From contig CM082582.2 of assembly GCA_040954595.2 (NCBI GenBank), forward strand, positions 1,782,303-1,846,302: DNA of 64,000 nt. The letters are read 5' to 3'. Position 1 is the stretch's first letter. Every line of letters starts with the position of its first letter. This document shows, piece by piece, positions 50,601 through 64,000 of the stretch. Made by a program: the position numbers and the translations under genes. Origin of the DNA: Balanoglossus misakiensis (Eukaryota; Animalia; Hemichordata). The notes beneath the pieces are model-generated. The model saw only the letters and a program-made list of their open reading frames with translations, was not told where the DNA came from and searched no databases.

Positions 50601-53600
50601 CTCTGGTATTCTGTTTACAATTTACTGACTTCAAGTAAAGTTGTTCACATTGACTTAATAAATGATCTGTGTCCATTCTTGCATTCATGTCCATGTACGT
50701 GATGTGTCTATAGACATGTTGTGATCAGACAAATTATTACAACTGTGGTATTCTGTTTATAATGTACTGACTTCAAGTAAAGTTGTTCACATTGACTTCA
50801 TAAATGATCTGTGTCCATTCTTGCATTCATGTCCATGTACGTGATGTGTCTATAGACATATTGTGATCAGACAAACTATTTCAACTCATGTATTCTGTTT
50901 ACAATGTGCTTACTTCAAGTAAAGTTGTTCACATTGACTTCATAAATGATCTGTGTCCATTCTTGCTTTCATGTCCATGTACGTGATGTGTCTATAGACA
51001 TATTGTGACCAGACAAATTATTACAACTGTGGTATTCTGTTTACAATGTACTGACTTCAAGTAAAGTTGTTCACATTGACTTCATAAATGATCTGTGTCC
51101 ATTCTTGCATTCATGTCCATGTACGTGATGTGTCTATAGACATATTGTGACCAGACAAATTATTACAACTCTGATATTCTGTTTACAATGTACTGACATG
51201 AAGTAAAATTGTTCACATTGACTTCATAAATGATCTGTGTCCATTCTTGCATTCATGTCCATGTACGTGATGTGTCTATAGACATATTGTGACCAGACAA
51301 ATTATTACAACTGTGGTATTCTGTTTACAATGTACTGACTTTAAGTAAAGTTGTTCACATTGACTTCATAAATGTTCTGTGTCCATTCTTGCATTCATGT
51401 CCATGTACGTGATGTGTCTATAGACATATTGTGACCAGACAAATTATTACAACTCTGGTATTCTGTTTACAATGTACTGACATGAAGTAAAGTTGTTCAC
51501 ATTTTCTTCATAAATGATCTTGTTCATGCTTGCAGTCATGTCCATGTATGTGATGTGTCTATAGACATATTGTGACCAGACAAATTATTACAACTCTGGT
51601 ATTCTGTTTACAATTTACTGACTTCAAGTAAAGTTGTTCACATTGACTTAATAAATGATCTGTGTCCATTCTTGCATTCATGTCCATGTACGTGATGTGT
51701 CTATAGACATGTTGTGATCAGACAAATTATTACAACTGTGTTATTCTGTTTATAATGTACTGACTTCAAGTAAAGTTGTTCACATTGACTTCATAAATGA
51801 TCTGTGTCCATTCTTGCATTCATGTCCATGTACGTGATGTGTCTATAGACATATTGTGACCAGACAAATTATTACAACTCTGATATTCTGTTTACAATGT
51901 ACTGACATGAAGTAAAATTGTTCACATTGACTTCATAAATGATCTGTGTCCATTCTTGCATTCATGTCCATGTACGTGATGTGTCTATAGACATATTGTG
52001 ACCAGACAAATTATTACAACTGCGGTATTCTGTTTACAATGTACTGACTTTAAGTAAAGTTGTTCACATTGACTTCATAAATGTTCTGTGTCCATTCTTG
52101 CATTCATGTCCATGTACGTGATGTGTCTATAGACATATTGTGACCAGACAAATTATTACAACTCTGGTATTCTGTTTACAATGTACTGACATGAAGTAAA
52201 GTTGTTCACATTTTCTTCATAAATGATCTTGTTCATGCTTGCAGTCATGTCCATGTACGTGATGTGTCTATAGACATATTGTGACCAGACAAATTATTAC
52301 AACTCTGGTATTCTGTGTACAATTTACTGACTTCAAGTAAAGTTGTCCACATTGACTTCATAAATGATCTGTGTCCATTCTTGCATTCGTGTCCATGTAC
52401 GTGATGTGTCTATAGACATATTGTGACCAGACAAATTATTACAACTCTGGTATTCTGTTTACAATGTACTAACATGAAGTAAAGTTGTTCATATTGACTT
52501 CATAAATGATTTGTGTCCATTCTTACATTCATGTCCATGTATGTGATGTGTCTATAGACATATTGTGACCAGACAAATTATTACAACCCTGGTATTATGT
52601 TTACAATTTACTGACTTCAAGTAAAGTTGTTCACTTTGACTTCATAAATGATCTGTGTCCATTCTTACATTCATGTCCATGTACGTGATGTGTCTATAGA
52701 CATATTGTGACCAGACAAATTATTACAACTCTGGTATTCTGTTTACAATTTACTGACTTCAAGTAAAGTTGTTCACATTGACTTCATAAATGTTCTGTGT
52801 CCATTCTTGCATTCATGTCCATGTACGTGATGTGTCTATAGACATATTGTGACCAGACAAATTATTACAACTCATGTATTCTGTTTACAATGTGCTTACT
52901 TCAAGTAAAGTTGTTCACATTGACTTCATAAATGATCTGTGTCCATTCTTGCTTTCATGTCCATGTACGTGATGTGTCTATAGACATATTGTGACCAGAC
53001 AAATTATTACAACTGTGGTATTCTGTTTACAATGTACTGACTTCAAGTAAAGTTGTTCACATTGACTTCATAAATGATCTGTGTCCATTCTTGCATTCAT
53101 GTCCATGTACGTGATGTGTCTATAGACATATTGTGACCAGACAAATTATTACAACTCTGATATTCTGTTTACAATGTACTGACATGAAGTAAAATTGTTC
53201 ACATTGACTTCATAAATGATCTGTGTCCATTCTTGCATTCATGTCCATGTACGTGATGTGTCTATAGACATATTGTGACCAGACAAATTATTACAACTGC
53301 GGTATTCTGTTTACAATGTACTGACATTAAGTAAAGTTGTTCACATTGACTTCATAAATGTTCTGTGTCCATTCTTGCATTCATGTCCATGTACGTGATG
53401 TGTCTATAGACATATTGTGACCAGACAAATTATTACAACTCTGGTATTCTGTTTACAATGTACTGACATGAAGTAAAGTTGTTCACATTTTCTTCATAAA
53501 TGATCTTGTTCATGCTTGCAGTCATGTCCATGTACGTGATGTGTCTATAGACATATTGTGACCAGACAAAGTATTACAACTCTGGTATTCTGTGTACAAT

Positions 53601-56600
53601 TTACTGACTTCAAGTAAAGTTGTCCACATTGACTTCATAAATGATCTGTGTCCATTCTTGCATTCGTGTCCATGTACGTGATGTGTCTATAGACATATTG
53701 TGACCAGACAAATTATTACAACTCTGGTATTCTGTTTACAATGTACTAACATGAAGTAAAGTTGTTCATATTGACTTCATAAATGATTTGTGTCCATTCT
53801 TACATTCATGTCCATGTATGTGATGTGTCTATAGACATATTGTGACCAGACAAATTATTACAACCCTGGTATTATGTTTACAATTTACTGACTTCAAGTA
53901 AAGTTGTTCACTTTGACTTCATAAATGATCTGTGTCCATTCTTACATTCATGTCCATGTACGTGATGTGTCTATAGACATATTGTGACCAGACAAATTAT
54001 TACAACTCTGGTATTCTGTTTACAATTTACTGACTTCAAGTAAAGTTGTTCACATTGACTTCATAAATGTTCTGTGTCCATTCTTGCATTCATGTCCATG
54101 TACGTGATGTGTCTATAGACATATTGTGACCAGACAAATTATTACAACTCCGGTATTCTGTTTACAATGTACTGACATGAAGTAAAGTTGTTCACATTTT
54201 CTTCATAAATGATCTGTGTCCATGCTTGCAGTCATGTCCATGTACGTGATGTATCTATAGACATATTGTGACCAGACAAATTATTACAACTCTGGTATTC
54301 TGTGTACAATTTACTGACTTCAAGTAAAGTTGTCCACATTGACTTCATAAATGATCTGTGTCCATTCTTGCATTCATGTCCATGCACGTGATGTGTCTAT
54401 AGACATATTGTGACCAGACAAATTATTACAACTGTGGTATTCTATTTACAATGTGCTGACTTCAAGTAAAGTTGTTCACATTGACTTCATAAATGATCTG
54501 TGTCCATTCTTACATTCATGTCCATGTACGTGATGTGTCTATAGACATATTGTGATCAGACAAACTATTCCAACTTTGGTATTCTGTTTACAATGTACTG
54601 ACTTCAAGTAAAGTTGTTCACATTGACTTCATACATGATCTGCGTCCATTCTTACATTCATGTCCATGTACGTGATGTGTCTATAGACATATTGTGACCA
54701 GACAAATTATTACAACTCTGGTATTCTGTTTACAATTTACTGACATGAAGTAAAGTTGTTCACATTGACTTCATAAATGTTCTGTGTCCATTCTTGCATT
54801 CATGTCCATGTACGTGATGTATCTATAGACATATTGTGACCAGACAAATTATTACAACTCTGGTATTCTGTGTACAATTTACTGACTTCTAGTAAAGTTG
54901 TCCACATTGACTTCATAAATGATATGTGTCCATTCTTGCATTCGTGTCCATGTACGTGATGTGTCTATAGACATATTGTGACCAGACAAATTATTACAAC
55001 TCTGGTATTCTGTTTACAATGTACTAACATGAAGTAAAGTTGTTCATATTGACTTCATAAATGATTTGTGTCCATTCTTACATTCATGTCCATGTATGTG
55101 ATGTGTCTATAGACATATTGTGACCAGACAAATTATTACAACTCTGGTATTCTGTTTACAATTTACTGACTTCAAGTAAAGTTGTTCACTTTGACTTCAT
55201 AAATGATCTGTGTCCATTCTTACATTCATGTCCATGTAGGTGATGTGTCTATAGACATATTGTGACCAGACAAATTATTACAACTCCGGTATTCTGTTTA
55301 CAATGTACTGACATGAAGTAAAGTTGTTCACATTTTCTTCATAAATGATCTGTGTCCATGCTTGCAGTCATGTCCATGTACGTGATGTATCTATAGACAT
55401 ATTGTGACCAGACAAATTATTACAACTCTGGTATTCTGTGTACAATTTACTGACTTCAAGTAAAGTTGTCCACATTGACTTCATAAATGATCTGTGTCCA
55501 TTCTTGCATTCATGTCCATGCACGTGATGTGTCTATAGACATATTGTGACCAGACAAATTATTACAACTGTGGTATTCTGTTTACAATATGCTGACTTCA
55601 AGTAAAGTTGTTCACATTGACTTCATAAATGATCTGTGTCCATTCTTACATTCATGTCCATGTACGTGATGTGTCTATAGACATATTGTGATCAGACAAA
55701 CTATTACAACTTTGGTATTCTGTTTACAATGTACTGACTTCAAGTAAAGTTGTTCACATTGACTTCATAAATGATCTGTGTCCATTCTTACATTCATGTC
55801 CATGTACGTGATGTGTCTATAGACATATTGTGACCAGACAAATTATTACAACTCCGGTATTCTGTTTACAATGTACTGACATGAAGTAAAGTTGTTCACA
55901 TTTTCTTCATAAATGATCTGTGTCCATGCTTGCAGTCATGTCCATGTACGTGATGTATCTATAGACATATTGTGACCAGACAAATTATTACAACTCTGGT
56001 ATTCTGTGTACAATTTACTGACTTCAAGAAAAGTTGTCCACATTGACTTCATAAATGATCTGTGTCCATTCTTGCATTCATGTCCATGCACGTGATGTGT
56101 CTATAGACATATTGTGACCAGACAAATTATTACAACTGTGGTATTCTGTTTACAATGTGCTGACTTCAAGTAAAGTTGTTCACATTGACTTCATAAATGA
56201 TCTGTGTCCATTCTTACATTCATGTCCATGTACGTGATGTGTCTATAGACATATTGTGATCAGACAAACTATTACAACTTTGGTATTCTGTTTACAATGT
56301 ACTGACTTCAAGTAAAGTTGTTCACATTGACTTCATAAATGATCTGCGTCCATTCTTACATTCATGTCCATGTACGTGATGTGTCTATAGACATATTGTG
56401 ACCAGACAAATTATTACAACTCTGGTATTCTGTTTACAATTTACTGACATGAAGTAAAGTTGTTCACATTGACTTCATAAATGTTCTGTGTCCATTCTTG
56501 CATTCATGTCCATGTACGTGATGTATCTATAGACATATTGTGACCAGACAAATTATTACAACTCTGGTATTCTGTGTACAATTTACTGACTTCAAGTAAA

Positions 56601-59600
56601 GTTGTCCACATTGACTTCATAAATGATCTGTGTCCATTCTTGCATTCATGTCCATGTACGTGATGTGTCTATAGACATATTGTGACCAGACAAATTATTA
56701 CAACTCTGGTATTCTGTTTACAATGTACTGACTTCAAGTAAAGTTGTTCACATTGACTTCATAAATGATTTGTGTCCATTCTTACATTAATGTACATGTA
56801 CGTGATGTGTCTATAGACATATTGTGACCAGACAAATTATTACAACTCTGGTTTCTGTTTACAATTTACTGACTTCAAGTAAAGTTGTTCACTTTGACTT
56901 CATAAATGATCTGTGTCCATTCTTGCATTCATGTCCATGTACGTGATGTGTCTATAGACATATTGTGACCAGAAAAATTATTACAACTCTGGTATTCTGT
57001 TTACAATTTACTGACTTCAAGTAAAGTTGTTCACATTGACTTCATAAATGCTCTGTGTCCATTCTTGCATTCATGTCCATGTACGTGATGTGTCTATAGA
57101 CATATTGTGATCAGACAAATTATTACAACTGTGGTATTCTGTTTACAATGTACTGACATGAAGTATAGTTGTTCACATTGACTTCATAAATTATCTGTGT
57201 CCATTCCTGCATTCATATCTATGTACGTGATGTGTCTATAGACATATTGTGACCAGACAAACTATTTCAACTCATTTATTCTGTTTACAATGTACTGAAT
57301 TCAAGTAAAGTTGTTCACATTGACTTCATAAATGATCTGTGTCCATTCTTGCAGTCATGTCCATATACGTGATGTGTCTATAGACATATTGTGACCAGAC
57401 AAATTATTACAACTCTGGTATTCTGTTTACAATTTACTGACTTCAAGTAAAGTTGTTCACATTGACTTCATAAATGATCTGTGTCCATTCTTGCATTCAT
57501 GTCCATGTACGTGATGTGTCTATAGACATATTGTGACCAGACAAATTAATACAACTATGGTATTCTGTTTACAATGTAATGACTTCAAGTAAAGTTGTTC
57601 ACATTGACTTCATAAATGATCTGTGTCCATTCTTGCAGTCATGTCCATGTACGTGATGTGTCTATAGACATATTGTGACCAGACAAATTATTACAACTCT
57701 GATATTCTGTTTACAATGTACTGACATAAAGTAAAATTGTTCACATTGACTTCATAAATGATCTGTGTCCATTCTTGCATTCATGTCCATGTACGTGATG
57801 TGTCTATAGACATATTGTGATCAGACAAATTATTACAACTGTGGTATTCTGTTTACAATGTACTGACATGAAGTATAGTTGTTCACATTGACTTCATAAA
57901 TTATCTGTGTCCATTCCTGCATTCATATCTATGTACGTGATGTGTCTATAGACATATTGTGACCAGACAAACTATTTCAACTCATTTATTCTGTTTACAA
58001 TGTACTGAATTCAAGTAAAGTTGTTCACATTGACTTCATAAATGATCTGTGTCCATTCTTGCAGTCATGTCCATATACGTGATGTGTCTATAGACATATT
58101 GTGACCAGACAAATTATTACAACTCTGGTATTCTGTTTACAATTTACTGACTTCAAGTAAAGTTGTTCACATTGACTTCATAAATGATCTGTGTCCATTC
58201 TTGCATTCATGTCCATGTACGTGATGTGTCTATAGACATATTGTGACCAGACAAATTAATACAACTATGGTATTCTGTTTACAATGTAATGACTTCAAGT
58301 AAAGTTGTTCACATTGACTTCATAAATGATCTGTGTCCATTCTTGCAGTCATGTCCATGTACGTGATGTGTCTATAGACATATTGTGACCAGACAAATTA
58401 TTACAACTCTGATATTCTGTTTACAATGTACTGACATAAAGTAAAATTGTTCACATTGACTTCATAAATGATCTGTGTCCATTCTTGCATTCATGTCCAT
58501 GTACGTGATGTGTCTATAGACATATTGTGATCAGACAAACTATTCCAACTCATGTATTCTGTTTACAATGTGCTTACTTCAAGTAAAGTTGTTCACATTG
58601 ACTTCATAAATGATCTGTGACCATTCTTTCATTTGTGTCAATTTACGTGATGTGTCTATAGACATATTGTGATCAGACAAACTATTTCAACTCATGTATT
58701 CTGTTTACAATGTACTGAATTCATTTAAAGTTGTTCACATTGACTTCATAAATGATCTGTGTCCATTCTTGCAGTCATGTCCATGTACGTGATGTGTCTA
58801 TAGACATATTGTGACCGGACAAATTATTACAACTCTGGTATTCTGTTTACAATTTACTGACTTCAAGCAAAGTTGTTCACATTGACTTCATAAATGATCT
58901 GTGTCCCTTCTTTCAGTCATGTCCGTTTACGTGATGTGTCGATAGACATATTGTGACCAGACAAATTATTACAACTCTGGTATTCTGTTTACAATTTACT
59001 GACTTCAAGTAAAGTTGTTCACATTGACTTCATAAATGATCTGTGTCCATTCTTGCATTCATGTCCATGTACGTGATGTGTCTATAGACATATTGTGACC
59101 AGACAAATTAATACAACTATGGTATTCTGTTTACAATGTAATGACTTCAAGTAAAGTTGTTCACATTGACTTCATAAATGATCTGTGTCCATTCTTGCAG
59201 TCATGTCCATGTACGTGATGTGTCTATAGACATATTGTGACCAGACAAATTATTACAACTCTGATATTCTGTTTACAATGTACTGACATAAAGTAAAATT
59301 GTTCACATTGACTTCATAAATGATCTGTGTCCATTCTTGCATTCATGTCCATGTACGTGATGTGTCTATAGACATATTGTGATCAGACAAACTATTCCAA
59401 CTCATGTATTCTGTTTACAATGTGCTTACTTCAAGTAAAGTTGTTCACATTGACTTCATAAATGATCTGTGACCATTCTTTCATTTGTGTCAATTTACGT
59501 GATGTGTCTATAGACATATTGTGATCAGACAAACTATTTCAACTCATGTATTCTGTTTACAATGTACTGAATTCATTTAAAGTTGTTCACATTGACTTCA

Positions 59601-62600
59601 TAAATGATCTGTGTCCATTCTTGCAGTCATGTCCATGTACGTGATGTGTCTATAGACATATTGTGACCGGACAAATTATTACAACTCTGGTATTCTGTTT
59701 ACAATTTACTGACTTCAAGCAAAGTTGTTCACATTGACTTCATAAATGATCTGTGTCCCTTCTTTCAGTCATGTCCGTTTACGTGATGTGTCGATAGACA
59801 TTTTGTGACCAGACAAATTATTACAACTCTGGTATTCTGTTTACAATTTACTGACTTCAAGTAAAGTTGTTCACATTGACTTCATAAATGATCTGTGTCC
59901 ATTCTTGCATTCATGTCCATGTACGTGATGTGTCTATAGACATATTGTGACCAGACAAATTATTACAACTCTGGTATTCTGTTTACAATGTACTAACATG
60001 AAGTAAAGTTGTTCACATTGACTTCATAAATGATATGTGTCCATTCTAGCAGTCATGTCCATATACGTGATGTGTCTATAGACATATTGTGACCAGACAA
60101 ATTATTACAACTCTGGTATTCTGTTTACAATTTACTGACTTCAAGTAAAGTTGTTCACATTGACTTCATAAATGATCTTTGTCCATTCTTGCATTCATGT
60201 CCATGTACGTGATGTGTCTATAGACATATTGTGACCAGACAAATTAATACAACTATGGTATTCTGTTTACAATGTAATGACTTCAAGTAAAGTTGTTCAC
60301 ATTGACTTCATAAATGATCTGTGTCCATTCTTGCAGTCATGTCCATGTACGTGATGTGTCTATAGACATATTGTGACCAGACAAATTATTACAACTCTGG
60401 TATTCTGTTTACAATTTACTGACTTCAAGTAAAGTTGTTCACATTGACTTCATAAATGATCTGTGTCCATTCTTGCATTCATGTCCATGTACGTGATGTG
60501 TCTATAGACATATTGTGATCAGACAAACTATTCCAACTCATGTATTCTGTTTACAATGTACTGAATTCATTTAAAGTTGTTCACATTGACTTCATAAATG
60601 ATCTGTGACCATTCTTTCATTTGTGTCAATTTACGTGATGTGTCTATAGACATATTGTGATCAGACAAACTATTTCAACTCATGTATTCTGTTTACAATG
60701 TACTGAATTCATTTAAAGTTGTTCACATTGACTTCATAAATGATCTGTGTCCATTCTTGCAGTCATGTCCATGTACGTGATGTGTCTATAGACATATTGT
60801 GACCAGACAAATTAATACAACTATGGTATTCTGTTTACAATGTAATGACTTCAAGTAAATTTGTTCACATAGACTTCATAAATGATCTGTGTCCCTTCTT
60901 TCAGTCATGTCCGGTTACGTGATGTGTCGATAGACATATTGTGACCAGACAAATTATTACAACTCTGGTATTCTGTTTACAATTTACTGACTTCAAGTAA
61001 AGTTGTTCACATTGACTTCATAAATGATCTGTGTCCATTCTTGCATTCATGTCCATGTACGTGATGTGTCTATAGACATATTGTGACCAGACAAATTATT
61101 ACAACTCTGGTATTCTGTTTACAATGTACTAACATGAAGTAAAGTTGTTCACATTGACTTCATTAATGATCTGTGTCCATTCTTGCAGTCATGTCCATGT
61201 ACGTGATGTGACTATAGACATATTGTGACCAGACAAATTATTACAACTCTGGTATTCTGTTTACAATTTACTGACTTCAAGTAAAGTTGTTCACATTGAC
61301 TTCATAAATGATCTGTGTCCATTCTTGCATTCATGTCCATGTACGTGATGTGTCTATAGACATATTGTGACCAGACAAATTAATACAACTATGGTATTCT
61401 GTTTACAATGTAATGACTTCAAGTAAAGTTGTTCACATAGACTTCATAAATGATCTGTGTCCATTCTTGCAGTCATGTCCATGTACGTGATGTGTCTATA
61501 GACATATTGTGACCAGACAAATTATTACAACTCTGGTATTCTGTTTACAATTTACTGACTTCAAGTAAAGTTGTTCACATTGACTTCATAAATGATCTGT
61601 GTCCATTCTTGCATTCATGTACATGTACGTGATGTGTCTATAAACATATTGTGATCAGACAAACTATTCCAACTCATGTATTCTGTTTACAATGTGCTTA
61701 CTTCAAGTAAAGTTGTTCACATTGACTTCATAAATGATCTGTGACCATTCTTTCATTTGTGTCAATTTACGTGATGTGTCTATAAACATATTGTGATCAG
61801 ACAAACTATTTCAACTCATGTATTCTGTTTACAATGTACTGACTTCAAGTAAAGTTGTTCATTTTGACTTCATAAATGATCTGTGTCCATTCTTGCATTC
61901 ATGTCCATGTACGTGATGTGTCTATAGACATATTGTGACCAGACAAATTATTACAACTCTGGTATTCTGTTTACAATGTACTAACATGAAGTAAAGTTGT
62001 TCACATTGACTTCATTAATGATCTGTGTCCATTCTTGCAGTCATGTCCATGTACGTGATGTGACTATAGACATATTGTGACCAGACAAATTATTACAACT
62101 CTGGTATTCTGTTTACAATTTACTGACTTCAAGTAAAGTTGTTCACATTGACTTCATAAATGATCTGTGTCCATTCTTGCATTCATGTCCATGTACGTGA
62201 TGTGTCTATAGACATATTGTGACCAGACAAATTAATACAACTATGGTATTCTGTTTACAATGTAATGACTTCAAGTAAAGTTGTTCACATAGACTTCATA
62301 AATGATCTGTGTCCATTCTTGCAGTCATGTCCATGTACGTGATGTGTCTATAGACATATTGTGACCAGACAAATTATTACAACTCTGGTATTCTGTTTAC
62401 AATTTACTGACTTCAAGTAAAGTTGTTCACATTGACTTCATAAATGATCTGTGTCCATTCTTGCATTCATGTACATGTACGTGATGTGTCTATAAACATA
62501 TTGTGATCAGACAAACTATTCCAACTCATGTATTCTGTTTACAATGTGCTTACTTCAAGTAAAGTTGTTCACATTGACTTCATAAATGATCTGTGACCAT

Positions 62601-64000
62601 TCTTTCATTTGTGTCAATTTACGTGATGTGTCTATAAACATATTGTGATCAGACAAACTATTTCAACTCATGTATTCTGTTTACAATGTACTGACTTCAA
62701 GTAAAGTTGTTCATTTTGACTTCATAAATGATCTGTGTCCCTTCTTTCAGTCATGTCCGTTTACGTGATGTGTCGATAGACATATTGTGACCAGACAAAT
62801 TATTACAACTCTGGTATTCTGTTTACAATTTACTGACTTCAAGTAAAGTTGTTCACATTGACTTCATAAATGATCTGTGTCCATTCTTGCATTCATGTCC
62901 ATGTACGTGATGTGTCTATAGACATATTGTGACCAGACAAATTATTACAACTCTGGTATTCTGTTTACAATGTACTAACATGAAGTAAAGTTGTTCACAT
63001 TGACTTCATTAATGATCTGTGTCCATTCTTGCAGTCATGTCCATGTACGTGATGTGACTATAGACATATTGTGACCAGACAAATTATTACAACTCTGGTA
63101 TTCTGTTTACAATTTACTGACTTCAAGTAAAGTTGTTCACATTGACTTCATAAATGATCTGTGTCCATTCTTGCATTCATGTCCATGTACGTGATGTGTC
63201 TATAGACATATTGTGACCAGACAAATTAATACAACTATGGTATTCTGTTTACAATGTAATGACTTCAAGTAAAGTTGTTCACATAGACTTCATAAATGAT
63301 CTGTGTCCATTCTTGCAGTCATGTCCATGTACGTGATGTGTCTATAGACATATTGTGACCAGACAAATTATTACAACTCTGGTATTCTGTTTACAATTTA
63401 CTGACTTCAAGTAAAGTTGTTCACATTGACTTCATAAATGATCTGTGACCATTCTTTCATTTGTGTCAATTTACGTGATGTGTCTATAAACATATTGTGA
63501 TCAGACAAACTATTTCAACTCATGTATTCTGTTTACAATGTACTGACTTCAAGTAAAGTTGTTCACATTGACTTCATAAATGATCTGTGTCCATTCTTGC
63601 ATTCATGTCCATGTACGTGATGTGTCTGTAGACATATTGTGACCAGACAAATTATTACAACTCTGGTATTCTGTTTACAATTTACTGACTTCAAGTAAAG
63701 TTGTTCACATTGACTTCATAAATGATCTGTGTCCATTCTTGCATTCATGTCCATGTACGTGATGTGTCTATAGACATATTGTGATCAGACAAACTATTCC
63801 AACTCATGTATTCTGTTTACAATGTGCTTACTTCAAGTAAAGTTGTTCACATTGACTTCATAAATGATCTGTGACCATTCTTTCATTTGTGTCAATTTAC
63901 GTGATGTGTCTATAAACATATTGTGATCAGACAAACTATTTCAACTCATGTATTCTGTTTACAATGTACTGACTTCAAGTAAAGTTGTTCACATTGACTT
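47653..64000. repeat. 142-bp satellite array (~115 monomers, continues past the window end)
   Basis: Period measured at 47656/47798/47940. Consensus begins TGACTTCAAGTAAAGTTGTTCACATTGACTTCATAAATGATCTGTGTCC and contains the palindrome TGTCTATAGACA. Confidence 0.99.

Noticed and set aside
41908-64000. CRISPR-like array
   Set aside because: Head-to-tail monomers with no unique spacers, no cas genes, and a eukaryotic context.

Overview
AT-rich animal genomic DNA (by inference a marine invertebrate). It has spliceosomal GT-AG introns, no prokaryotic features and no intact host gene. It reads like the edge of a satellite array. (1) 6.4-25.4 kb, minus strand: a fragmentary MED25 pseudogene (two ACID/PTOV exons plus two probable Q-rich 3' exons), split by a ~14-kb block carrying EGF exons of another gene; the junction is complex and templated. 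(2) Inside that block: an old L2/CR1 fragment; a ~7-kb decayed AcademX-like transposase-XPG-Cys gene carrying an in-frame OTU protease domain and interrupted by a CACAGT-ended element with a 5-bp TSD; and a young 5'-truncated Tx1/L1-like LINE with a 13-bp TSD. (3) 26-41 kb: nested MITEs, Helentron-type non-autonomous elements, a tyrosine-recombinase pseudogene, a long-TIR element and a CACTG-ended element. (4) 41.9-64 kb: a 142-bp satellite with shifting higher-order structure, interrupted by an Ngaro-type DIRS retroelement (A1-ORFs-B1A2-B2) that lacks a recombinase ORF and is joined to the satellite through a shared AATT core. Family assignments come from motif recognition only; no database searches were run.
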